UHGV virus genome: UHGV-1351068
Reading direction: 5' to 3' (one strand)
DNA length: 64,000 bases
Source: a virus
Below are positions 1 through 9,832 of this stretch, piece after piece. Every line of letters starts with the position of its first letter. Positions within the stretch are counted from its first letter, which is position 1. Below the pieces are notes generated by a model. It ran no database searches and was not told where the DNA came from. It saw nothing but the letters and a program-made list of their open reading frames with translations. Made by a program: the position numbers and the translations under genes.

Positions 1-280
1 AGACCAGCAAATTCTCTAACCATTCGAGGTAGTCAATATCTTGACCTTTTAAACCAGAGCGGTTGAACTTATGCTTCATTTGGCCTTCTGCCGCATTACA
101 CAGGTTACAGAGCAAGCCTCTGACCTTTCCTGCATTGTCACCTTCTAACGCATGGTCATGGTCGAGGTGGTTCTTTTGAATGTCCTCATCTAAAGGACGT
201 TTGCAGCAAGGACATAATCCGTTCTGTGCCTGATATAGTTTTTCTTTTTCTTCTTTATATAACTTACCGGTTAATAACAT
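1..280 (-). CDS. 49: endonuclease VII (gene 49), N-terminal part; C-terminus runs off the left window edge
   Basis: Reverse-complement of 1..280 translates MLLTGKLYKEEKEKLYQAQNGLCPCCKRPL...HLDHDH...KVRGLLCNLCNAAEGQMKHKFNRSGLKGQDIDYLEWLENL, a near-exact match to T4 EndoVII including the zinc-binding cysteines; ATG at 278-280. Confidence 0.85.
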   Translation of the reverse strand, partial: MLLTGKLYKEEKEKLYQAQNGLCPCCKRPLDEDIQKNHLDHDHALEGDNAGKVRGLLCNLCNAAEGQMKHKFNRSGLKGQDIDYLEWLENLLV

Positions 281-316
281 ACTCTTACCTCAGCGATTAG
301 ATAAGAGTATTTATAG

Positions 317-637
317 CTAAATTAACGAGTAACTACTATAGATGTTATGATTAGACTCTTTTATGCAGAAAGAAGTACAGAAAGCATAGATGCCTTCATA
401 ATCATCCGCATTGAACTCAATATATGAATTAGTTTCTTTGTGAATAATACTCATTTTTGGCCAAGCCATTCCACCGATGTCATCGTCATAATATCCATTA
501 CTGAATTTAATAATGTCACCAATTTTATATCCATGACTACGTAAGATTTCCCTTGCAATACGATGAATATCACAAAAATCCAAAATTTTTACTGTAATAG
601 TTTTGGTTACGCATGATTTAGACATATTGAACTCCAA
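317..637 (-). CDS. hypothetical protein (106 aa)
   Basis: ORF in the track; co-oriented and tightly packed with neighbours. Confidence 0.5.
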   Translation of the reverse strand: MEFNMSKSCVTKTITVKILDFCDIHRIAREILRSHGYKIGDIIKFSNGYYDDDIGGMAWPKMSIIHKETNSYIEFNADDYEGIYAFCTSFCIKESNHNIYSSYSLI

Positions 638-1070
638 GACGAGTTTCCAAGGCGACGATATAATCAGCTGCTTTCTGCATTAAATCGTATTCTTCAGAAT
701 CACAATTTTCTTGACCTGCGAAAGCATAAAGAGCTTTGGTAATTGGAACAATTTTTCCATGAAAATGGTCGAGTTTAATTTCAGAAATATTTGGAACGTC
801 TTCACCTTGGCCGATTTCTTTAATTTGGTGCATGGTATCTTCACTATAGAAGCACCAGAACCAAGATTCACCGAATGGAGTTGGGTCATTAATTGTGATG
901 ATTTTATTTGTGAGCAAATCAATTACTGCTGTAATGCCACATGTTTCAAGGTCATCTTCATTAACTGCATTGATAACCTGAAATTTAAATCCAGGAACAA
1001 ACTGGGGAAATTGTTCAGTTAATTCATCATCATTTTCTATAACTTCAAACTGCTTACCAATAAGTTCCAT
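618..1070 (-). CDS. hypothetical acidic protein (150 aa)
   Basis: ORF in the track; the antisense plus-strand ORF 711..1022 is rejected. Confidence 0.55.
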   Translation of the reverse strand: MELIGKQFEVIENDDELTEQFPQFVPGFKFQVINAVNEDDLETCGITAVIDLLTNKIITINDPTPFGESWFWCFYSEDTMHQIKEIGQGEDVPNISEIKLDHFHGKIVPITKALYAFAGQENCDSEEYDLMQKAADYIVALETRLGVQYV

Positions 1071-1190
1071 TCACTTTGTCCTCATAATCAAGTAGTTCGT
1101 TAATGGTAGGTTCAGAAGTATTATAATCTTCTTCAGGAATAGCATCTTCCTCTGGCTCGACAGTTTCCCATCGAGCCGTGTACCAAGGTT

Positions 1191-1613
1191 TTATGCCTTT
1201 GCTGCTTTGCATGGTGCCGGAGCGGAATCATTAACAGAATCGTATTCAATACGCCATTCAACTTCAGTACGAGTAACTACTTTCTCGTGACGAGTGACGA
1301 TATCTACTTCAGGAGGATTATAATACCAATCGGTATGATATGAACCTGAACGAGACTCTGATACCATGAAATGGACGCCGCGAGCTGGGTAATACCAAAT
1401 CTGAAAACGGCTTTGATACTTATGGTCCTGTGTCCATTCATCATCTTCTACTAAAACAAAGATTTCTTCCTCTTCATCATCACCGTTCGGTGGATATTCG
1501 AAATCATAGTTGTCGTCCCATTCGCCAGTGACACCAGCGATATGCTTGATTTCTTTTACTAATTCAGCGTTAGTCATTTTAACCTCGTAGTTTTTGTAGG
1601 TCTTCATCATCAA
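1191..1613 (-). CDS. hypothetical protein (140 aa, acidic, Trp/Tyr-rich)
   Basis: ORF in the track. Confidence 0.5.
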   Translation of the reverse strand: MMMKTYKNYEVKMTNAELVKEIKHIAGVTGEWDDNYDFEYPPNGDDEEEEIFVLVEDDEWTQDHKYQSRFQIWYYPARGVHFMVSESRSGSYHTDWYYNPPEVDIVTRHEKVVTRTEVEWRIEYDSVNDSAPAPCKAAKA

Positions 1614-1745
1614 TCCAGCTTTCTAAACCAGACGGAAGCGCACATTCAATTTCCCACAACAGTTCTTCAATAGCTTGCAAGCGGATGAACTCTTCTGCTG
1701 AAATTGTTACCGTGCACGGAGCTTTTAAATCACCAATATCATAAC

Positions 1746-2054
1746 TCATAATTCTTCCTCATGCCAAGAACAGTCAACTTCAAAATCTGGTCCGAGCTCT
1801 TCATCTTCCCAACGCCAAGACCCTAATGGATTACCAGCATCGTAATCAACTTCAAGACCAATATAACTCCACTGAACACCATGAATGATATTTCCCTGCT
1901 TTACAAAGAATTCGCCCCATTGGTGTGTGAAAGCATAATGTGGATCAGAGATAGCTCTTTCAATCATTGCTTCACGAAGATTACGTTCTAAATCTACTTG
2001 GTCGCCTTCAGGAAAAACAAACTCAATTGGGTATTTCATAATTTCACCATACAC
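1746..2054 (-). CDS. hypothetical protein (102 aa)
   Basis: ORF in the track. Confidence 0.5.
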   Translation of the reverse strand: MYGEIMKYPIEFVFPEGDQVDLERNLREAMIERAISDPHYAFTHQWGEFFVKQGNIIHGVQWSYIGLEVDYDAGNPLGSWRWEDEELGPDFEVDCSWHEEEL

Positions 2055-2281
2055 TCACCGTATTTCCATTTAGACATAACCTTAACTCCATTAGAGTAAG
2101 TTACCTCTACCTTTGCTCGATGATTTTTGATTTGTTTAATCTCACCGGTTTCTAATCCACCATAGCCATAATAAAGGGCTACAATATCACCCTCCCGAAG
2201 GAGGGTTCCACGATAATCATGCATTGAATTTGAATTTACGGAGTTCATCAAAACCGCCGATATGTGTACCGTCAGGAGCAA
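2036..2281 (-). CDS. hypothetical small protein (at most 81 aa; may start at an internal Met)
   Basis: ORF in the track; overlaps neighbours by a few codons. Confidence 0.4.
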   Translation of the reverse strand: MLLTVHISAVLMNSVNSNSMHDYRGTLLREGDIVALYYGYGGLETGEIKQIKNHRAKVEVTYSNGVKVMSKWKYGECMVKL

Positions 2282-2486
2282 AAATCTGAGGCATAGTTAA
2301 TCCAACTTGCGATTCACGTCCTAAACGGCGAAGCAAATCACTGATAACCACTTCATCAAATACACCTTTTTCTGGCATTACATTGATGAATGCATACTCT
2401 TGTTTCTTAACATCGAGCAGACGCTTTGCATTATCGCAAAATACACACTTATGAATGCTGCTGTCGTAACCAAAAACCGTGAACAT
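2217..2486 (-). CDS. nrdC: glutaredoxin/thioredoxin NrdC
   Basis: MFTVFGYDSSIHKCVFCDNAKRLL...MPEKGVFDE...GLTMPQIFAPDGTHIGGFDEL has a CxxC active site and is collinear with T4 NrdC. Confidence 0.85.
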   Translation of the reverse strand: MFTVFGYDSSIHKCVFCDNAKRLLDVKKQEYAFINVMPEKGVFDEVVISDLLRRLGRESQVGLTMPQIFAPDGTHIGGFDELRKFKFNA

Positions 2487-2739
2487 CTTCTTCTATTTCC
2501 TTAAATACTTGAGCTTGAACTGTTTTCCAATCTGGGTGGCGTACTGCTTTAACGTAATTTGTCATACCAAGACGCTTCATTACTTCGCCATCAATAGCTG
2601 CTTGAGCAAAATTTCTTCCGCGGGTCATAGCTCCTTTGAGTTTAGAACTATCAACTATTTGACCAGTCTCATTATAATAAACCGAATACATGAGTAGCAT
2701 TACTCGTTCGGCTTCTTCCATATATCGTTTACGAGCCAT
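2449..2739 (-). CDS. hypothetical protein (96 aa)
   Basis: ORF in the track. Confidence 0.5.
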   Translation of the reverse strand: MARKRYMEEAERVMLLMYSVYYNETGQIVDSSKLKGAMTRGRNFAQAAIDGEVMKRLGMTNYVKAVRHPDWKTVQAQVFKEIEEDVHGFWLRQQHS

Positions 2740-2894
2740 TTTCAGCCTTAGTAGTTATAACTAATGTTTTACCATCTAACGCATCGAGAATATCTTTGAT
2801 GCAATTATCTGGCATTGGTTGAACGCTAGCTAATTGCTTGGCAATATCATCAGGAATTCCCATACGTGGTATATTTAATTTGCTAAAATCAATT

Positions 2895-3407
2895 TTATCC
2901 ATTAGCAGTTACCGGGAAGTGTTCTGCCAATTTAGCAGCAATGGCAGCGTTAATTTGATCAGCGAAATTTTTATTCATTGCATTAACAATGATTTCTTGA
3001 ATTCGGAGATTAGCTCTTTCAATAGACATCTTAATACGACCTTCAGCTTGCTTAACAGCGTCATCAATAGTTTGACGAACCATATCATCAATAGCATTTT
3101 TAGCGCATGATTGGGCAGCGTTACGCATCATCTGTGACATTTCTTCTTTAGCAGACATATCATTCCAACCGCGAGTATGGAACATCTGCTGAACTTGCTT
3201 CTTAACTTCTGCTCGGACATCTGGAATAGTCACAGCAGCAATATTAACTTCAGATTGTACTGCTTGCTTCAGCTTATTCTGTGAATCTTTTAACACCATT
3301 TCTTTAACGATGTTATTGATTACTGACTGTTGCAGTTGAGCACGGGCTGCTGTACCTTCTGGGAATAACTGGCGTACTGCATAAGTATCTAATTTAATGT
3401 CAATCAT
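2895..3407 (-). CDS. hypothetical protein (170 aa, Gln/Ala-rich, predicted helical)
   Basis: ORF in the track. Confidence 0.55.
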   Translation of the reverse strand: MIDIKLDTYAVRQLFPEGTAARAQLQQSVINNIVKEMVLKDSQNKLKQAVQSEVNIAAVTIPDVRAEVKKQVQQMFHTRGWNDMSAKEEMSQMMRNAAQSCAKNAIDDMVRQTIDDAVKQAEGRIKMSIERANLRIQEIIVNAMNKNFADQINAAIAAKLAEHFPVTANG

Positions 3408-3736
3408 TTTACCTTTTTCACTCCAGGAATATTAGAGATAGTTTCAAATACTTCGTCAAAGTTATCTTTATCAACAGTGACTACCATAGTGCGAGCGGTC
3501 TGTTTCTTTTTCCAACGTTTAAAGAAAGTTGCAAGACTCAAATCATGGGAAGTGAAGAAATCATCGGTTTTGTAAACATATCCGCTTTCAATTTTTACTA
3601 CAGCATCAGGTGAAGGGTCTTCATATTCTTCTACTTCAACATCATCAAAGAGAATTAAAGTGTCATCATGATAATAGCCTTCCCAGAAGGCTTCATCGTT
3701 ATAAAATTCTTTCCAAAGCGCGCCAGTTGTTTTCAT
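3404..3736 (-). CDS. hypothetical protein (110 aa)
   Basis: ORF in the track; stop/start overlaps with neighbours. Confidence 0.5.
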   Translation of the reverse strand: MKTTGALWKEFYNDEAFWEGYYHDDTLILFDDVEVEEYEDPSPDAVVKIESGYVYKTDDFFTSHDLSLATFFKRWKKKQTARTMVVTVDKDNFDEVFETISNIPGVKKVK

Positions 3737-4047
3737 TTAATCACCTTCTTCCAAGCTTCGTGAGCAGCGCATGCTAATACTTCATCATCAGTCAAATTGA
3801 ACTTGCCTTCATTACGACGAGCAATCATTTCATTGAATTCAGTATCAGTTCTAAGCATCATGTTAAGAACTGTAAAATCCATTGTCGCTCGAAGATATTC
3901 TTTAAGCTGCATAGGGTCGATGCCACTTTCGTATGCGTCAAGAATCATATCTGCAATGATGTTATCAAAGTTTTTGTCTTTTATGAGGTTATTAGCATAC
4001 TCGACAAAAAACTTAGTATTAGCACCAGTAATAGTTTTAGTAATCAT
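3733..4047 (-). CDS. hypothetical protein (104 aa)
   Basis: ORF in the track. Confidence 0.5.
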   Translation of the reverse strand: MITKTITGANTKFFVEYANNLIKDKNFDNIIADMILDAYESGIDPMQLKEYLRATMDFTVLNMMLRTDTEFNEMIARRNEGKFNLTDDEVLACAAHEAWKKVIK

Positions 4048-4304
4048 TTTAATTTTCTCTCAAATTTATGCTTACAAGTCCGACATTTCATTTTCAGAAT
4101 ATCGGTTGTCCAATCGACAAGCTGTACTTGAATACTACCACATTTTTCGCAAGGCACAACTTGTTTAGCTGCAGCTTCTCGACGGTCTACCATTTCAAGA
4201 CAGGCATCCCAGTCAATTTTAAATTCAGGTACAGGTGGATACTCAAACTCAATTTCAAGGTCGTTATCATCAACGACCATGTCTTCTTTTAATTGATTTT
4301 TCAC
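4044..4304 (-). CDS. small zinc-ribbon protein (86 aa)
   Basis: Acidic N-terminus followed by CEKCG...(18)...CRTCKH, a C4 zinc-ribbon arrangement. Confidence 0.5.
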   Translation of the reverse strand: MKNQLKEDMVVDDNDLEIEFEYPPVPEFKIDWDACLEMVDRREAAAKQVVPCEKCGSIQVQLVDWTTDILKMKCRTCKHKFERKLK

Positions 4305-5275
4305 AGTAAGCTCCGGGCATACTCGAGAGATTCATACCGCTCTTTGTACTCGTTAAGCGATTTGACTAAATCTGCCATCATCAATTCATGCTTAGCCAAT
4401 TCAGCTTCTTTTGTGTCAATAAATCGCTTAACCGATTCCATTTCGGCAGTAATACTATTCTTAGCGATTTCAATATGATTTACTGGTGTTAACGGAAGAG
4501 GCTTAACAACATTGAGATACATATGTGCTACATCTTCATCAATAACTGGGGTGGTGCTCAATGTTTTAGGAAAAATCTTAAATGGGTCCAAATGCACTTC
4601 AAGAACAGATGAGTTTTCACCCTGCTGTTTACAGCATGATTTTTTAACTACATCCATATGCTCTAAAGCAGTACGAACTTGCGCTAAAAGCGCCCGGGCC
4701 GGATACTTTCCGCTGGACAAATGGCTATTAATATGAATTCGTACAGTTACATTGTCAAGCTCTTCTGCACGAATAAATGAAACCCCTTTAGGATTTCTGG
4801 AAGTAGTAGAAGATACCTGGTATTTCACACGGTCATCGCCTTTAAGTAAGCAAATTGAACGATTAAGAATACGACGCAGGTTTGCATTAAATTCAGAGCA
4901 GAAGATTTGAGCAGCGCTGCGGTCATGTCTTTCTTCAGTTTTAAACGCTCCTGCCGCAAAATTATAACGCTGACCATAAATTTTAGCATTGCCGATAGCA
5001 AACTTTTTGAGCTGCTTCTCTGCTGACATTGCGCCTAACCAGCGAGAACGACGAATGTTTTCTACAACAAAACTGACATAGTTGGCTTCGTGTGCTGCCA
5101 TGCTATTTAGCACACGTCGAGCTACGTTACCAGCAATTGCTACATTATAAGCAGCTGGGTTTAAATCATGCAAAGCTGCCAAAACCTTTACGTGCTTCTC
5201 ACGCTTTGACAACCCCTTTCCATTATGCTTATCAAATTCACCGGCTACAAACATCTTTAATTCATTCTTATTCAT
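4301..5275 (-). CDS. hypothetical protein (324 aa) with a C-terminal coiled-coil
   Basis: Long ORF; C-terminal heptad-like segment ...KEAELAKHELMMADLVKSLNEYKERYESLEYARSLL. Confidence 0.6.
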   Translation of the reverse strand: MNKNELKMFVAGEFDKHNGKGLSKREKHVKVLAALHDLNPAAYNVAIAGNVARRVLNSMAAHEANYVSFVVENIRRSRWLGAMSAEKQLKKFAIGNAKIYGQRYNFAAGAFKTEERHDRSAAQIFCSEFNANLRRILNRSICLLKGDDRVKYQVSSTTSRNPKGVSFIRAEELDNVTVRIHINSHLSSGKYPARALLAQVRTALEHMDVVKKSCCKQQGENSSVLEVHLDPFKIFPKTLSTTPVIDEDVAHMYLNVVKPLPLTPVNHIEIAKNSITAEMESVKRFIDTKEAELAKHELMMADLVKSLNEYKERYESLEYARSLL

Positions 5276-5345
5276 TATCTTTTCCTCTATTTTGGACTGG
5301 GCTCAAAGAGTATCTCAAAATCTCCCTGAACCCATTATACAACAA

Positions 5346-6164
5346 TTATTCATCAAGCATAATAACTTTGCTTGGACGCTTATAGAAAGCATGAGTTTTA
5401 TCATCTTTCGCTAATTCAAATGTAGCAGTAAACTGTACTTTGCCTCTGTATTCAAACGGAATACTTTTTGGAAGGGAGCCGTAAACCGTAGCTCCATTCT
5501 CAAGTACAACCATCATCTTACATTGTACGCCGTAATAGTCTTCATAAACTTTTACTGACGTTACGGTACCAGAGACAGTCACTCGTCCTTCTGGTGCATC
5601 CCCTTTATTCTTATTCAGCTCATTGAATATATTATCAAAGACCTGTTTTGAATGTTCCTGGATAGCCTCTAAGATGCTCTTATGGGCTCTAACTTCTGCC
5701 ATAACAACATCCGTTCCGTCTTGCAATTTCCACTCTTTATATGGAATGCGTACTTCAAGAGGATAACCATACTCGCGAAGTTCTTTATACTCTTCTTGAG
5801 TTAAGCGGAGTTTCCACCAACCGTGGTCACCTGTATACTCAGACTTATCCAGTGAATCAAATTCTGTAACATACGGCAAGTAACTGCCCGCGTGATAAGC
5901 TTCAACTTCACCTAATTCATTTTCCCAAAGATAACCATCAAAGGGAGCATGAGGGCGATCATCTTTGCCCCAAGTAGGAGCTACAACTTTATCAAAGTAT
6001 TCACGACCGAAGCGGGTCTTCGCCCATCCAGCATTCAACTCCTCGGCGCGTTTTTCAACTTTCGCTCGGTGTGCTTGGCGGGCTACACGATTTTCTTCAA
6101 CAAGTGCAGAGATAATCTCGGTTAAAGTTTTCATTTTATTCTCCAGTTTGGTTGACGAGACCAT
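5346..6164 (-). CDS. hypothetical protein (272 aa)
   Basis: Long ORF preceded at about 6150-6192 by an early-promoter/inverted-repeat element. Confidence 0.6.
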   Translation of the reverse strand: MVSSTKLENKMKTLTEIISALVEENRVARQAHRAKVEKRAEELNAGWAKTRFGREYFDKVVAPTWGKDDRPHAPFDGYLWENELGEVEAYHAGSYLPYVTEFDSLDKSEYTGDHGWWKLRLTQEEYKELREYGYPLEVRIPYKEWKLQDGTDVVMAEVRAHKSILEAIQEHSKQVFDNIFNELNKNKGDAPEGRVTVSGTVTSVKVYEDYYGVQCKMMVVLENGATVYGSLPKSIPFEYRGKVQFTATFELAKDDKTHAFYKRPSKVIMLDE

Positions 6165-6191
6165 CTTATCAACAGCCTCGCCGAAAGTAAA

Positions 6192-6458
6192 CTACTTTGT
6201 GAAAAATTTTCTCCAAAGCAGAACTGCGTCTCTACGAGATACTTCTACTGCTCCTAGAGCAACTGCTTGCTTGCGACGAACATCGCGCAAATCATAGTGT
6301 GGAACTCGCTTATCCTGGAACCAAGAACGTTTCATTCCGATAGTTTCTGCCATAGCATGCAACTCATCAAGGTTGTCGCTAAACATATGGCAGTTCTTTA
6401 CTTGATGACCTCTCATTTTCCAACCATGATTCATCAAGACATCTACGTATACCGTCAT
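6192..6458 (-). CDS. small basic protein, DUF4031-like (88 aa)
   Basis: MTVYVDVLMNHGWKMRGHQVKNCHMFSD...HYDLRDVRRKQAVALGA resembles the DUF4031 family found in phages. Confidence 0.45.
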   Translation of the reverse strand: MTVYVDVLMNHGWKMRGHQVKNCHMFSDNLDELHAMAETIGMKRSWFQDKRVPHYDLRDVRRKQAVALGAVEVSRRDAVLLWRKFFTK

Positions 6459-6465
6459 TTCTGAT

Positions 6466-6620
6466 TCTCGATGTAAGTTTCAATAATGAACTGAGCTAAA
6501 CACAATAAATTATCTTCTGAAGGAGAATCTGCTAAATTCTCAACCATTTCTGAAATAGTTCCAAAAGCTTCTTCAGTATTGAACATTTCTTGAAGTTCGT
6601 TCCAAGTAGGTGCTTTCATT
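6466..6620 (-). CDS. small acidic ORF (51 aa), not in the supplied track
   Basis: MKAPTWNELQEMFNTEEAFGTISEMVENLADSPSEDNLLCLAQFIIETYIENQK; its stop overlaps the start of the downstream gene (ATGA). Confidence 0.35.
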
Positions 6621-6698
6621 TCAATCTCCTCATTAGTTAACGAAGCTATCTTATCATGGCTTTTCTAAGATGTAAACAACAAAAGGGCCCGAAGGCCC

Positions 6699-6989
6699 TT
6701 AAAAAGATCGGAAATCACTGTTAAACCATGGCGACTGGTGTTGTCGCCGCTTAAGCAATTTCAGTTGGTATTTCCTATTGTCTTCTATAATCATCTTAGA
6801 GGCTTTTAGCTCTTCAGCCAATGAGACCTGTTTACGGTCCATCAAGATGAGGTTCTGGGTCTTCTGGGCAAACGTCTGAATACCTTTGAGACATTCCACA
6901 GATTCCTCCATCCCTCGTTTATACTTGGTTCGGGCAGCATTTAACTGCCCTTCATAATACGCATGTATAGACACTATAGTACTAAACAC
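6699..6989 (-). CDS. hypothetical protein (96 aa)
   Basis: ORF in the track. Confidence 0.45.
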   Translation of the reverse strand: MFSTIVSIHAYYEGQLNAARTKYKRGMEESVECLKGIQTFAQKTQNLILMDRKQVSLAEELKASKMIIEDNRKYQLKLLKRRQHQSPWFNSDFRSF

Positions 6990-7179
6990 CTTTTACCTCA
7001 ATAACATCTAAGATAATATCTTCAACGTCTTGCTCAGGGAATGCCACGCCATTGGTCTGCCCATGCTGAAATACTGCTTGGTACGCTGACGGCGCAGAAA
7101 TTCGGGTTGAACGTTCTTTATTGTCATAGCATTTGCCATCAATAAAGCGTTTAAATTTAACTTCATAGGTTTTTAGCAT
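6982..7179 (-). CDS. hypothetical small protein (65 aa)
   Basis: ORF in the track. Confidence 0.4.
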   Translation of the reverse strand: MLKTYEVKFKRFIDGKCYDNKERSTRISAPSAYQAVFQHGQTNGVAFPEQDVEDIILDVIEVKGV

Positions 7180-7181
7180 TA

Positions 7182-7502
7182 TTACACCTTAGCATAATTG
7201 ACAATTTGTTCACGGTCAGCAGGCCAATTCAAATCAGAGCGCTTTTTGTTTGACCAAGCAATATTTTCTTCAGCCCAATGAAGTTTAGCCGATACGCTCT
7301 TTTGTACGTCTCTGATGGCTTCTTCAAGATAAATGCCTAAATCTCTCGGGTTAGTTCCTTGAGTTTTAAATGCATTGAGCAAAATATTTCTTACGACTTC
7401 TTTAAATTGATTTTCAACTTCCGGGTGAATAAATTCACGATAACCGTTGCACGGATATCCAAAAGCATCTACCATACGAGTAGTACTAAATTCTTTGTTC
7501 AT
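7182..7502 (-). CDS. hypothetical protein (106 aa)
   Basis: ORF in the track. Confidence 0.5.
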   Translation of the reverse strand: MNKEFSTTRMVDAFGYPCNGYREFIHPEVENQFKEVVRNILLNAFKTQGTNPRDLGIYLEEAIRDVQKSVSAKLHWAEENIAWSNKKRSDLNWPADREQIVNYAKV

Positions 7503-7837
7503 AATCCGAGCGCCTCGCGTTCATCAGGATTTAATTTAGCCAAAGCGGATTCTTTAATTTTTTCCAACCGTTTACGCTTAGCTTCAGGTGTTTCTTCCTG
7601 AACACTAATAGCAGCGCTTTTAGGAAAAGTCCACGATTCACCATTTTCATCGGTGAATGTAATTAGTTCCGTTGGCTTACGATTAACTGTACCATCTGAG
7701 CCCCACCAAGACTGCCCCTTAACTGCTTCTTCGGCAACGCAATATGAACCATAATAACCAAACAACTCACTACGACGATCGTCTGGTGAAACATACGCTG
7801 CATAGGCTTCACTTTCCGTCATTACCCAGTTTTTCAT
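7499..7837 (-). CDS. hypothetical protein (112 aa)
   Basis: ORF in the track. Confidence 0.5.
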   Translation of the reverse strand: MKNWVMTESEAYAAYVSPDDRRSELFGYYGSYCVAEEAVKGQSWWGSDGTVNRKPTELITFTDENGESWTFPKSAAISVQEETPEAKRKRLEKIKESALAKLNPDEREALGL

Positions 7838-8268
7838 TTTAGCACCTCATAACGAATAAGTTCAATACGATTTTTAAGCTCTTGGTATGATTTACGCCAA
7901 GGCTTATAATAGGCATTTAAATCTTGGTGTTGTTTATGCATTTCGTCTAAATGCTTTACTGCATCCTGCACATTTGCAAGGAAAGTATCAAATACTTTAT
8001 TAGCGTATTCTTTCCTGAGCTCAATGAATGGAGGAGCACGAAATACGTTTACCATTACACGTAATTCATGATAAGAAGAATGGACTTCAGCTAATACATT
8101 CTTCTTATCGCCAAAATTAAACTTATAAAGCTTTTCACAGATTGCTTCACAGGCTTTCTCTGCTTTACCCTTGGGTTTACCTGCAAAGATATGACCAGGC
8201 GGATATACTTTAATATCGTTTAACCAACATTCAATATCTTTAATAGCTGCTAAACTCATTGTACCCAC
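7834..8268 (-). CDS. hypothetical protein (144 aa)
   Basis: ORF in the track. Confidence 0.5.
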   Translation of the reverse strand: MGTMSLAAIKDIECWLNDIKVYPPGHIFAGKPKGKAEKACEAICEKLYKFNFGDKKNVLAEVHSSYHELRVMVNVFRAPPFIELRKEYANKVFDTFLANVQDAVKHLDEMHKQHQDLNAYYKPWRKSYQELKNRIELIRYEVLK

Positions 8269-8444
8269 GCTCCATTTTCATCAATGTAATTAATCCACTC
8301 GTTAATAGTCCAGGAAGAGGTATCACCTTTAGGAGTATCAACGATATACATTCCGCCTTTAAACAAAACACGTTTTACATCATTAGAAATTAAAGTAGCC
8401 ATTATATTTTCCTCAGTTAGGGAGGATTTCTCCTCCCGTTTAAA

Positions 8445-9434
8445 TTATTTCAGCATTGTTACTTCAGCGATTGTCCGCCAATTTTTACGGTCAGTCGCAA
8501 CGAAATCACCGATATAAAGAGCAGTACGGAGAGATACGTTACGCAGACGATTTACGTTATCTTTCATAAATTCCAAAACTTCAATAACTTCAGAATTTCT
8601 TAACCCACGGTTCTGTAACATAGAAGTAGTCATTATTACATCTTGAACACGAACCATAATCTCTTCATTAGTGTGAACACCAAGGTCAAGATAAACCGAA
8701 CGTGATACCAAGGCTTGAAGATGCGGAGCAAGTTTAGAACCGCGCTCTAATTCACGGTCAATATCAACGTTAGTGATAAAGACCACAGTACCTTCAAACT
8801 CAAACTCATTAGGAATTCCTTTATCTTCCAAGAAAGAAGATGCAGTGCTCCAGCATACTTTACGTTTCTCCCCTGAATCCAAAGCAGCTTTCAGAAGGTT
8901 AAGAATGTCCATATCAGAGAATACATCTACATCATCAATAAGCAGAACTGAATTTGCTTCACGTGATTCCCAAAGACGGCAGTATAAACCAATTCCTGAG
9001 ATTTTACCGTTAACTGATTTGTAATCAATAGCGTTAGTATCATGAGCATGTTGTAATGCTTTATCCAAAGAGTAAGTCTTACCGATACCTGCTGCTCCGG
9101 AGATAATCAGAGAACGAATATTCCCGTGGATTAAACCGTTAGTCATTAATCCCATGACGTTAAAGCGTTTCTTGATACGCTCTTTCATTTCATCAACGGA
9201 TTCAACAACTTCAATTTTAGCAGCTACTCCGTCAATTGTGATATCATCTTTGAATACCCAAACACCACGCTTTTTGCCATTCAGTTCAACAAAGACTTTA
9301 CCATCACCCTGACGAGAATCTTCAGCACTTAAGCTATCCGGGAACCACTCACCGAGTAACTCATAAGTACCTGAAATCTCTTTGCCGAAGTAAATCCCTT
9401 TCTTGATGGTGATAGTTGACATTTTATTCTCCAT
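8445..9434 (-). CDS. AAA-family ATPase (329 aa)
   Basis: Walker A GAAGIGKTYS and Walker B VLLIDDVD; preceded by an early-promoter/inverted-repeat cassette at 9453-9489. Confidence 0.7.
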   Translation of the reverse strand: MENKMSTITIKKGIYFGKEISGTYELLGEWFPDSLSAEDSRQGDGKVFVELNGKKRGVWVFKDDITIDGVAAKIEVVESVDEMKERIKKRFNVMGLMTNGLIHGNIRSLIISGAAGIGKTYSLDKALQHAHDTNAIDYKSVNGKISGIGLYCRLWESREANSVLLIDDVDVFSDMDILNLLKAALDSGEKRKVCWSTASSFLEDKGIPNEFEFEGTVVFITNVDIDRELERGSKLAPHLQALVSRSVYLDLGVHTNEEIMVRVQDVIMTTSMLQNRGLRNSEVIEVLEFMKDNVNRLRNVSLRTALYIGDFVATDRKNWRTIAEVTMLK

Positions 9435-9458
9435 TACTCTGTTTTGTTTTGATGGAGC

Positions 9459-9489
9459 TATAGTATCATTCTACAGCTCCAAAGTAAAC
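9459..9489 (-). promoter_or_regulatory. T4-type early promoter (GTTTAC -35, TGATACTATA extended -10) inside inverted repeat GGAGCT/AGCTCC, PeSL-like
   Basis: Plus strand reads tatagtatca at 9459-9468 and gtaaac at 9484-9489 (17-nt spacer on the coding strand); inverted repeat ggagct...agctcc at 9453-9480. Confidence 0.6.
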
Positions 9490-9499
9490 TACTTTTTAA

Positions 9500-9715
9500 T
9501 TATTTTTCTAAAATTTCATTGATGTAGTAAGGACGAACCTTTGAACCGAGATAGAAGTCATCAACAAAATCAATCAAGTTGTCAGTTTCACCACGGATGA
9601 TAGCAAGCTTAGAGAACGCTTCTCCTACCATCATCGGTTCAAATTCTACGCCATAGGTTTCAGCAGCTTTAAAGGCTTTATCAATGTTGTTTACGACGAT
9701 TTCTAAAGTTTTCAT
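9500..9715 (-). CDS. hypothetical small protein (71 aa)
   Basis: ORF in the track; early-promoter motif upstream at 9753-9783. Confidence 0.45.
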   Translation of the reverse strand: MKTLEIVVNNIDKAFKAAETYGVEFEPMMVGEAFSKLAIIRGETDNLIDFVDDFYLGSKVRPYYINEILEK

Positions 9716-9752
9716 TTTTATTCTCCGTTATCTGTTTGGGTGGTACAGGTCT

Positions 9753-9783
9753 ATAGTATCATCAGCTAACGAGTTTGTATACT
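9753..9783 (-). promoter_or_regulatory. T4-type early promoter variant
   Basis: tatagtatca at 9753-9762; -35-like gtatac 24-25 nt away. Confidence 0.45.
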
Positions 9784-9832
9784 ACTTTATGCATTCTTTT
9801 GAAACAAAAAGAGGAGCCCGAAGGCTCCTCAG

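Noticed and set aside
281-312. Inverted repeat tactctta...taagagta immediately after the gene 49 start.
   Set aside because: It is upstream of gene 49 in the transcription direction and has no adjacent U/A-run. It may be an operator or RNA element, but there is no supporting context.
711-1022. Plus-strand ORFs throughout 0-35 kb (for example 711-1022, 3797-4168, 15387-15746).
   Set aside because: All are antisense to co-linear minus-strand genes that carry recognisable T4 homologs or consistent operon structure.
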